Shown here one piece after another: positions 1 through 7,561 of a stretch of DNA of 64,000 nucleotides. The position numbers and the translations under genes were made by a program. Source of the DNA: Thermoplasmata archaeon. GTDB taxonomy: Archaea > Thermoplasmatota > Thermoplasmata > UBA10834 > DTMW01. Under the pieces are notes generated by a model. That model made no database searches. It was not told the DNA's origin and saw only the letters and a list, made by a program, of their open reading frames with translations. The stretch covers positions 16,072-80,071 of the forward strand of contig JAWCKK010000006.1 of assembly GCA_038852105.1 (NCBI GenBank), given 5' to 3'. The first letter of the stretch is position 1, and each line of letters starts with the position of its first letter.

Positions 1-74
1 CAATCCCAGGATTGGGAATGATGTAGATGATAGAAAATATTATCTGACGAGTGAAAAAGAAGGAGTATGGAGAA

Positions 75-109
75 ATCATCCGTGACGGGATGATCCCCCA
101 ATGGTTTTC
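75..109 (-). terminator. hairpin/pyrimidine-rich terminator candidate downstream of the saccharopine dehydrogenase-like gene
   Basis: Inverted repeat ATCATCC-GTGACG-GGATGAT, followed on the minus strand by a T/C-rich tract (TTCTCCATACTCCTTCTTTTTC). Confidence 0.4.
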
Positions 110-1297
110 CTAGAAGAACTTCGTGACGACGTCGAAGTGCTCCGTGACGTTTATACCCCTCTTGCCCAGCTCTCTGAAGAACGGGTATGGATCCACGGTC
201 ACTTCCGCAGGGAACACTCCAGGCTCCTTTATCTTCTTGGTACCTTGCCAGTGTGAGACTATCGCCGGCGGCACCGCGGTATCCCTCGCGGAGCTCGCGT
301 TCCTCTTCGGGTCGTTCCAAGTCTCGATGAAGTACGTGACGGTCCCAGGCGTTCCGTTCTTCTCTCCGAAGCAGTCGATCCTGAACATGTCGTACTCGTA
401 CGGCTCGTTCGGCGGAGTCTCCCTGCCGGAGGATATGGCGTTCTGGTACATCGCGGTGAGATAATCCAGCGGGGAAACCTCGCAGTTACCTGCCTTGAGA
501 GGCTTGGTGCTCGCGAACCCGAGCTGGACGAGCGTCTTGAACGTGTTCAGGTCGGTCGGCGGGAAGCCGATCCTGAAAGTCACGTTCTTCGCCTTCAATG
601 TCTTACCCATCGTAGCCGGTTCCGAGTGTTTGATGTAGTATGACTTCACCTTTCCTATGGGCTCTGGCATGACGACGTCCTTCTCGCCGGAAAGCACGGG
701 CTGCTTCTGATGCTTCCCGTTCAGCCACATGACCGGCTCCTGAGTGAACTCGTCTATCACGGTCCTGATGGAGTATCCCGGCCAGCCGGCTTCTTTCACC
801 GGCAACGTGTTGCCCCAGGAGCAGTATATGTCTATCGTGTCGACCTTGTCCAGCTTCTTGGCGCCGGCCGCTCCGGCAACGTTGGTCATACCAGGGGTGC
901 TTCCGAGGCCGATGGTGGCGTTTACCCCCGCATCTACCCACTTCTTGTGCTGCTCGATTTGCTTGAGGCACGTATCGAAGAAGCCACCGAGGTCGGTGTA
1001 GTGAACGCCGTTCTTCACAGCCACGTCCATGACTCCCAGGTTGGTCTGGTACCACGCGCAGTTCACGACCGTGTCCGGCTTTTCCTTCTTCATGACCTGG
1101 TCCAGCTTTTTCAGGTCGGTCGCATCGAGCTCCATCGTAGTGACCTTGTTCGGGTTGATCTTCAGGTCCTTGATGGCCTTGTTCGTCCTTTCGAGGCTTC
1201 TGCTGGTCGCAATGACGTCGACCTTGCACATCTCCACGAGATCCTGAACGCAAAGCGCACCTATCTGTCCGGATGCGCCCAATACGAGTGCTTTCAT
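110..1297 (-). CDS. saccharopine dehydrogenase / lysine 6-dehydrogenase family oxidoreductase
   Basis: 395 aa; N-terminal Rossmann motif VLGASGQIG, HYTDLGG, GLGSTPGMTN, HSEP and C-terminal PGVFPAE; GGAGGT SD upstream. Confidence 0.85.
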   Translation of the reverse strand: MKALVLGASGQIGALCVQDLVEMCKVDVIATSRSLERTNKAIKDLKINPNKVTTMELDATDLKKLDQVMKKEKPDTVVNCAWYQTNLGVMDVAVKNGVHYTDLGGFFDTCLKQIEQHKKWVDAGVNATIGLGSTPGMTNVAGAAGAKKLDKVDTIDIYCSWGNTLPVKEAGWPGYSIRTVIDEFTQEPVMWLNGKHQKQPVLSGEKDVVMPEPIGKVKSYYIKHSEPATMGKTLKAKNVTFRIGFPPTDLNTFKTLVQLGFASTKPLKAGNCEVSPLDYLTAMYQNAISSGRETPPNEPYEYDMFRIDCFGEKNGTPGTVTYFIETWNDPKRNASSARDTAVPPAIVSHWQGTKKIKEPGVFPAEVTVDPYPFFRELGKRGINVTEHFDVVTKFF

Positions 1298-1585
1298 TTT
1301 CTACCTCCCTTCGACGGCGGATTCGGCGAAAACTCCGTCCCCGTCTCTGAGCGGTGTGCCCATATCATAAATCATATAACTAATTTATCACTGGTATTTC
1401 TGAAAATCATTCGAAATGGCCGCCATGTTTTCCACCGATTTCCCATAACCAGATTTCTGACCGTTGAGACAACGTTGCGGAGCCACCCATTGCAGGACCT
1501 TGCTGTCGAAAATTACATCGTGATAGAATCGTTCAACTGAGTTTTTCGAAAGGTGCATCTCAGCCCTCGAACCACGGATGACGCG

Positions 1586-2041
1586 TCATTTTCCGAGCTT
1601 CAGCCGTCTGAGATATTCCTGCCACCGTTTTTCGTCGTCGACGCGGTTCATGATCTCTGCCTTCTTGATGTCGAGGTCCTCGGCGAACTCGATGTCGTGC
1701 AGGTCGTTAATGGCTTTGACAAGCCCTGATATCTCATCGAGAAGAGCCATCGCGGTATCTTTCGTCAGCTCGTCGTGTCCGAGATGCTCCTCCAGCTCTT
1801 TCTTGCGGCTCTTGATTTTCTGTATCAGGACGTGAGCCAGTTGCCTGTCCGCATCCGATATGTCCTTCTTGGTGCGAAGAGCGAACACGGTCTCCCTGAG
1901 ATTGATCATGATTCCGTCGAGATTCTCCCTCTCGGGTATCAGGTTCCCCACCCACGAGAACACCGAATGGGCTCTATCGAGTATTCTCTCCCTCTCCTCG
2001 GTTGTGAGTATCGTATCGCCGCTGCTGATTCTTTCAGGCAT
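1586..2041 (-). CDS. DUF5788-like conserved archaeal helical protein
   Basis: EERERILDR..VG..IPE..INLRETVF pattern recalls DUF5788; ATG at 2041 has a GAGGT SD (the ORF track starts at 2077). Confidence 0.65.
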   Translation of the reverse strand: MPERISSGDTILTTEERERILDRAHSVFSWVGNLIPERENLDGIMINLRETVFALRTKKDISDADRQLAHVLIQKIKSRKKELEEHLGHDELTKDTAMALLDEISGLVKAINDLHDIEFAEDLDIKKAEIMNRVDDEKRWQEYLRRLKLGK

Positions 2042-2099
2042 AGGACTACCTCTCGGGGGAGGCCGAATTACCGGCATTCGTCATGCGAGGCCAGCGCCC

Positions 2100-3749
2100 T
2101 TAGGCGAAATAAATGTAGCAGTATACGTGGCTTCCGTCCGAATTTGTCAGCTCGAACCACGAGCCCAATTGATATAGTGATTTATCGAACAAGAAATAAT
2201 CGCCAGCATTCAAGGATGTCAAGTCGTTCATATCGAAATACGTCACGCCGGCTTCGGGCACTCCTGAGCTCATGGTGCTGAGCTGGCGCTTGTCGAACGA
2301 CAATGTGCCGTCCGAGTAGGCCACCGTCAGATATACATCATCGAGGCTCAGCTGACTCGTGTTCGTTATGTACTGGACCGTGAAATTGAGGATGCTCCCC
2401 ATGTCCTGGTACGAGACCTTAACCTCCACGTTAGAAGGCTCATTGCCGGGCTCCCTGGGCACAAGACACCAGCGTTCCTCCTGCGTTCCCGGGCTGGTGC
2501 CGAGTACGACCCGGACGCAAGGCATCCTATCGCTCTGAGGGAAGCTCCCGGAGTCGTTCGTTATCGTTCCTTCCCAGTAGATGATGCAGAATCCCGTCAC
2601 GCTCAATCCCAGCTCGGAAGTCACCCAACCCACGACCTCATCTCGCAAGTCCCATTCATGCTGCTGATCGAATTCGGATTCATCCTTAGCGTAGTACGAT
2701 GAAACTGTGATCGAGAATGAGCCACTCGCCCATAGAGAATTGAAGCTGTCGATAACCTGGCTTTGAACCGATGAGTTGGCATAGCTGTAAACCGTATAGC
2801 TCAGAGCGCCAGTGGCGTCGTGCGCGTTCATCCGTGCGATGAATCCCTCGAAAATGTCCTCGCACGGGGATTCTCCCGGCCCCCCACCATCTCCTCCCAT
2901 CTCGAACATCAGGTACCATGAGCCCTGGATCTTTATCAGGGGTATCATCCCTGAGACATCCTGTGACCCGTGGCCGACGATGCTCACGGTGAAGTTGAAT
3001 TCTATGACGCACCAGCCTTCGATCTCCACGCTGAAATTCTGCTCTATCATTTCAATGATCGAAGTAATGTTGTTTTTCAATTCCGTCGGTATCTGATTTT
3101 CTGGCATCACGCTTCTGCTGTTCACCGTGATGCTGAAATCCTCTTCACCATGGAAGATCCCTCGCAAAATGTCTCCGGCCTCCTCCGGCGTCATGACGAA
3201 ACTGAGTACCGTATACCCAGAAGCCCCTTCGAAGTCACCTTGGTTCAATTTTTCAATAAACTTGTCGAATGTCTCCTCGGGAGTGCTGCCTCCTCCTCCC
3301 GATAGCGAGCCGAGCCCCAATGCGGCATTTCCGACGAAAACGGACGCGATCATGAGCACCGCGACAACTGATAGCGCTATCGCGGCGTTCCTTTTCTTCG
3401 GCAGCACATCCTCCGGGGGTGGCGGAGGTGGCAATATTGCCTGTTCTGCCAAAACCCAGTCGCCGCTCAGTTTCTCTGCCAGCTTGTCGAGCTTCTCCGA
3501 TATGTCCTTGCTCGATAGCTTCGTCGGGACTGTCAGAAGGCTCTTCGCAATGTTCGCGTAGGCGAGAATGAAGAGAGAAATGACCCCGAACCAAAGCATC
3601 GCATAAGAGAACCAGAAGACGTCAAACAGTCTGGCCATCCCTGGCATCTGATTGAATACCTGAATGCCGAATATGAGCGCGAGAAATGCCAGCATTATCT
3701 CTATCGCGGCTTTCGTCCAGCATTTCGAGACGTAGCTCGTGACCTTCAT
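2100..3749 (-). CDS. membrane-anchored surface protein with two tandem DUF4878/NTF2-like repeats
   Basis: Two N-terminal TM helices, poly-Pro linker, third TM, repeats TPEETFDKFIEKLNQGDFEGA and SPCEDIFEGFIARMNAHDATGA, beta-rich C-terminal domain, several NxS/T sequons. Confidence 0.6.
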   Translation of the reverse strand: MKVTSYVSKCWTKAAIEIMLAFLALIFGIQVFNQMPGMARLFDVFWFSYAMLWFGVISLFILAYANIAKSLLTVPTKLSSKDISEKLDKLAEKLSGDWVLAEQAILPPPPPPEDVLPKKRNAAIALSVVAVLMIASVFVGNAALGLGSLSGGGGSTPEETFDKFIEKLNQGDFEGASGYTVLSFVMTPEEAGDILRGIFHGEEDFSITVNSRSVMPENQIPTELKNNITSIIEMIEQNFSVEIEGWCVIEFNFTVSIVGHGSQDVSGMIPLIKIQGSWYLMFEMGGDGGGPGESPCEDIFEGFIARMNAHDATGALSYTVYSYANSSVQSQVIDSFNSLWASGSFSITVSSYYAKDESEFDQQHEWDLRDEVVGWVTSELGLSVTGFCIIYWEGTITNDSGSFPQSDRMPCVRVVLGTSPGTQEERWCLVPREPGNEPSNVEVKVSYQDMGSILNFTVQYITNTSQLSLDDVYLTVAYSDGTLSFDKRQLSTMSSGVPEAGVTYFDMNDLTSLNAGDYFLFDKSLYQLGSWFELTNSDGSHVYCYIYFA

Positions 3750-3939
3750 GATTCCAAACGACCACAAATGTATGTGAATCTATATCTTTCCATTGAGAAG
3801 CTGATAGTCCTTGAAAAGGCTTTTCCCGTGCGTATCAGATGTGCGATTGTCAATATTCCCAGAAATTGCGCTCGGGGCAAAGCATCGACAATTGAACAAA
3901 ATCTTATAGATGATTAAGGGTTATCGATAGCTGGCATCT

Positions 3940-4051
3940 GCGGGGATGGCCCAGCCCGGTAAGGCGCTGGATTGCTATCCTCATCATGAGAGATGGGGCA
4001 AACATCCAGTGCTCTTTGAGCTCGGGGGTTCAAATCCCCCTCCCCGCGCCA
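3940..4051 (+). tRNA. tRNA-Ser(GCT) with 26-nt intron at position 37/38 (3978-4003), CCA encoded
   Basis: Acceptor GCGGGGA/TCCCCGC, anticodon stem CTGGA/TCCAG, spliced loop TT-GCT-AA, long variable arm GCTC-TTT-GAGC, T-arm GGGGG-TTCAAAT-CCCCC, discriminator G; BHB central helix TTGC/GCAA flanked by 3-nt bulges. Confidence 0.95.
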
Positions 4052-4120
4052 TAATTCTTTGAATCGTGAGACGGTAATGAGAATCGTTGAGGTATCGAAT
4101 CGCGACAAGGTTGAATCATG

Positions 4121-4270
4121 TTACCGGTATAACAATCGATAATACCTGCACGACCTGCACTCTAGCTTCCCGTCGTGTTCGACCAGTTTCACATGCTTCT
4201 GATGCTTCGCGCACTCGGGGCATTCCTCGTCCTCGTGGCCGTTGACTTTGTCCTTCTTCTTCGCTGCCAT
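4121..4270 (-). CDS. 49-aa zinc-ribbon microprotein (CPxC...CxxC), absent from the ORF track
   Basis: Hand translation: MAAKKKDKVNGHEDEECPECAKHQKHVKLVEHDGKLECRSCRYYRLLYR*; G/C-ending codons like host genes; occupies an otherwise empty intergenic gap. Confidence 0.75.
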   Translation of the reverse strand: MAAKKKDKVNGHEDEECPECAKHQKHVKLVEHDGKLECRSCRYYRLLYR

Positions 4271-4445
4271 CTCATTCCCTGAGCGTATCTTGCGATTTTT
4301 CTATTTTAATTCTTCCTTGAGGCTCTTTTTCCACTGCAGATGTCTTGCATCGAAAACGCTCAGTACCCTGGTTCAGACCGATAATTGAATATGCAATGAA
4401 TGGATAATCTTTAATGACCAAGAACCGATTTAGTGCTCAGGATGG

Positions 4446-4826
4446 ATGGGTTTGAAGAAGAAGGTTATGGTCGTCGACGACGAGAAATCGATAGTCGACC
4501 TTTTCGAAGTCATACAGGAGGTCTGCGATTTCCAGGTCGTCGCGGAGGCCTACACGGGCGAGGAGGCTGTTGAGACCTACTCCAAGCTGAGGATAAAGCC
4601 CGATGTGGTCATCATGGACGAGAGGATGCCCGGGATGAACGGCCTCGAGGCCACGAAGAGGATCCTCGCCAAGGACAGGTCCGCGAAGATCATCTTTGTG
4701 AGCGGCGACCCGAAGATCGAAGATAAGGCCTTGTCCATGGGCGCCTCCGCATTCATGACGAAACCGTTCGGATTGAACGAGCTGAAGAAGGTCATCGAGT
4801 CTGTCTCGAAAGAAGAGAGAAAGTAG
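4446..4826 (+). CDS. single-domain response regulator (CheY-like receiver)
   Basis: VMVVDDE, PDVVIMDERMPGMNG (phosphoacceptor Asp), IIFVSG, KPF. Confidence 0.93.
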   Translation: MGLKKKVMVVDDEKSIVDLFEVIQEVCDFQVVAEAYTGEEAVETYSKLRIKPDVVIMDERMPGMNGLEATKRILAKDRSAKIIFVSGDPKIEDKALSMGASAFMTKPFGLNELKKVIESVSKEERK

Positions 4827-4896
4827 CCCCGGGCAGATTCGAACTGCCGTCGCGGGCTCCAAAGGCCCGCATGATTGACCGCTACACTACGGGGCT
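4824..4896 (-). tRNA. tRNA-Gln(TTG)
   Basis: AGCCCCG...CGGGGCT-A acceptor with the archaeal Gln A1-U72 pair, anticodon arm CGGGC-CTTTGGA-GCCCG, T-arm GGCAG-TTCGAAT-CTGCC; no encoded CCA. Confidence 0.95.
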
Positions 4897-4964
4897 GCGT
4901 CGCTCAAGAATGGGAACTTCTTCTGAAATAATATCCTTTGCAGGATAACCGTTTGGACATCGGT

Positions 4965-6203
4965 CTATCTGACAGTGCCGATAAGATGAATCGGAGAGCA
5001 ATCGATTATCTCGACCTCATAGACCCTTCCGAGCACCGCATTTCCTCCAAGTATGACCTGCTCGTAGTTCGGCCCCCTGGCAATCATCGAGCCCTTCGTG
5101 CCAGTCTCGGTGACCAGCACCCTCATCTTTCTTCCTACCTTCGCCCTGTTCTTGGCCATCGATATCTCGAACCTCAGGGCTGTCAGCTCGCGGGACCTGT
5201 CCTTCGCCTTCCAGCTCGGGACCCTTTCCTTCGACAAAGCGGCTCTCGTTCCCGGCCTCGCGCTGAACCTCGTTATGTTCAGAATGTCCGGCTTGATATC
5301 TTTCACGAGTTGCACGTTGCGCTCGTGATCCTCGTCGCTCTCGTCTGGATAGCCGACTATGATGTCAGTGGACAATGTGATTTGTTCGTGCTTATCTCGG
5401 AATGCGTCGATTATGCTCTTGAAGTCCGCCACGGAATGTCCGCGTCCCATCTCTCCCAGTAGCCTATCGCTGCCGGATTGCACCGGGAGATGAAGGAACT
5501 TGAATATCTTGCCAGAGGAAAATGCGTCCACTGTCTCGTTAAGAATCGGCAGAAGCGTTCGAGGATTCATCATACCTACCCTTATTCTCATGTCGAAGCC
5601 CGTTTCGACCAGTCGGTTCAAGAGCGCAGGCAGGTTCGTTCCGATATCGCTCCCGTAGGCGGCAGAATCCTGCGAGGTTATCTGGATCTCCTTCGCGCCG
5701 GTCGAGAAATCTATCCTCGATATCTCGCCCAGAATCTCCTCGGGTCTGCGGCTCTCGATCCTCCCCCTGGCGCTTCTCGTGATGCAGTACGCGCAATCCC
5801 CGAGGCATCCGGTCGCTATCGGGATGGTATGCACCGCAGTCCCGGGCCAAGGCTGTGGAATCCATGTTTCGGACTTCGATAGGCCAACGGCGTCGCACAG
5901 CTCCGATATTTGCGCCGGCGGGACGAGGGTTGCGCCCGGCGCGATTTCTTCTATCTTGTTCCTGAGGGTTGTAACCATGCACCCGCTGACTACCAGGGGC
6001 TTTCCGGTCTGATAGAGCTCTCGTATCCGCTTCTTCATCTCCGCCTCTGTCGTCTCGATGACCACGCAGGTCGCAATGAAATTCAAATCCGCTTCTCGCT
6101 GGTCATCGACTATCTTCCACCCGTTCGACCGCAGCACGGACTCGAACTCGAGCGCCTCTCCGCGGTTGAGCGCGCAGCCGTAGGACTCGATATGTGCCTT
6201 CAC
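4965..6203 (-). CDS. mtaB: tRNA t6A37 methylthiotransferase (archaeal MtaB/MiaB-like radical SAM)
   Basis: UPF0004 N-terminus (ESYGCALN, TCVV, SGCM), radical SAM CLGDCAYC, HLPVQSGS, DIIVGYPDE, C-terminal TRAM domain. Confidence 0.9.
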   Translation of the reverse strand: MKAHIESYGCALNRGEALEFESVLRSNGWKIVDDQREADLNFIATCVVIETTEAEMKKRIRELYQTGKPLVVSGCMVTTLRNKIEEIAPGATLVPPAQISELCDAVGLSKSETWIPQPWPGTAVHTIPIATGCLGDCAYCITRSARGRIESRRPEEILGEISRIDFSTGAKEIQITSQDSAAYGSDIGTNLPALLNRLVETGFDMRIRVGMMNPRTLLPILNETVDAFSSGKIFKFLHLPVQSGSDRLLGEMGRGHSVADFKSIIDAFRDKHEQITLSTDIIVGYPDESDEDHERNVQLVKDIKPDILNITRFSARPGTRAALSKERVPSWKAKDRSRELTALRFEISMAKNRAKVGRKMRVLVTETGTKGSMIARGPNYEQVILGGNAVLGRVYEVEIIDCSPIHLIGTVR

Positions 6204-6300
6204 AGGACATTCTCACGCATCGGGCATCCTAATAAAGGTATCCATCGAATCGGGCAAATAATAAATCAGGGGCACTACAATAATCCCCCTGGGGATACCG

Positions 6301-6519
6301 ATGTCCGCCAAGAACACGGCACTGGCTAACGCCAAGCAGGAAGCAAAATTATCGAAGAAGGACGCGAAGAACAAGGCGAAGGCCGCGAAGCTCAGGGAAA
6401 AGGCGGCGAGGCTGCGCCTCAAGATAGAGCGGAACCAGAGACAGATACAGACGCTTCAGAGAAGGATAGCCGAGCTGGAACGAAAGGCCGCGGTCCTGTC
6501 GGGTCATGCGAAGAAGTGA
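6301..6519 (+). CDS. small basic Lys/Ala-rich coiled-coil protein
   Basis: 72 aa with 14 Lys + 8 Arg versus 6 acidic residues; GGGGA SD; divergent from mtaB. Confidence 0.65.
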   Translation: MSAKNTALANAKQEAKLSKKDAKNKAKAAKLREKAARLRLKIERNQRQIQTLQRRIAELERKAAVLSGHAKK

Positions 6520-6723
6520 TCATTGGGTCTGTCTTCCGAACTTGTTCCTGATCCATCTGACAAATTGCACTAATATGACAGGCAGAGCTACCCAGAGTAT
6601 GACTACGAGGTAGAACGCCTCGGTGTATTGTATGACGACTATCCCCGAGAGCGTGAGGCATGTCCCGAGGATGACTCCGAGCATCAGTCCTCTTCTGCTT
6701 ATCCGAAGCTTCAATCGGGCCAC
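6520..6723 (-). CDS. small two-TM membrane protein
   Basis: 67 aa, two hydrophobic segments flanked by basic residues; start overlaps the nitroreductase 3' end. Confidence 0.5.
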   Translation of the reverse strand: MARLKLRISRRGLMLGVILGTCLTLSGIVVIQYTEAFYLVVILWVALPVILVQFVRWIRNKFGRQTQ

Positions 6724-7238
6724 TTCTCCAGGTGAAGCATCTCCTTCAGCTCTCTTCTCGGCGGAGCCCGAGGCACCTCGCCAGGCTTTCCCACTGGCAC
6801 GAGGGCTATCGGAATCACGTGGTGCGGTAGGCCGAGCACCTTCGAGACCTCAGAGTCGTTGAACGCACCGATCCAGACCGCGCCGAGCCCCTGCGAGTGG
6901 ATGTACAGCAGGAAGTTCTGGACCGCCGCCGCGACGTCCTGAAAGATATAGAACTCGCGTCCGCGCTTCCCGTATCTCGAAGATATCATATCGAGGTCGC
7001 CGCAGAACGCGACGGTCACATCAGATTCGAGTATCGATTCCTGCCCGAGCGCGGCGTTCATGAGCCTCTCCTTCTGCGCCCGGTCTCTGACGATGATGAA
7101 CTCTCTCTCCTGAGTATTACCCGCAGAGGGTGCAGCGCTTGCCAACCGGAGGCCGGTCAATATCACCTCATCCGGCACATGGCCAGGTCTGAAGCTCCGG
7201 ATGCTCCTTCTGCCCAGAATGCAGCTTTCCAGGTCCAT
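6711..7238 (-). CDS. nitroreductase family protein
   Basis: RRSIRSF, APSAGNTQ, AAVQNFLL, GLGAVWIGAF. Confidence 0.92.
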   Translation of the reverse strand: MDLESCILGRRSIRSFRPGHVPDEVILTGLRLASAAPSAGNTQEREFIIVRDRAQKERLMNAALGQESILESDVTVAFCGDLDMISSRYGKRGREFYIFQDVAAAVQNFLLYIHSQGLGAVWIGAFNDSEVSKVLGLPHHVIPIALVPVGKPGEVPRAPPRRELKEMLHLEKWPD

Positions 7239-7333
7239 GGTATGCTAATCGTCGAATCGGGAATAAATGGTTGCTGCAGCTCTCGAACGAAACGCAGAAC
7301 AGGATTATTTATTGTCCAAGCATATTCACATCC

Positions 7334-7561
7334 GTGAAGTGCAGTCTGACATTGACGCTGGAATTCCGAGACGAAAACATCGCGAGGAACGTGATGCACG
7401 CCGTCCGCCTGGACAACGGGGACTGGATTTCGACCCGCCAGGAGGGCAATCGGCTGCTTTGCACCGCCGCCTCGGACACTCTGGGAGGGCTCTTGCACAC
7501 CGCCGAGGATTTCCTGTCCTGCGTCTCGCTCGCAGAGCGGATGCAGAAGAAGGAGAAATGA
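7334..7561 (+). CDS. pcc1: KEOPS complex subunit Pcc1
   Basis: 75 aa from GTG 7334; LEF..E..A..V..AVRLDN...L..AEDFLSCVSLAE matches the Pcc1 pattern. Confidence 0.75.
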   Translation: MKCSLTLTLEFRDENIARNVMHAVRLDNGDWISTRQEGNRLLCTAASDTLGGLLHTAEDFLSCVSLAERMQKKEK

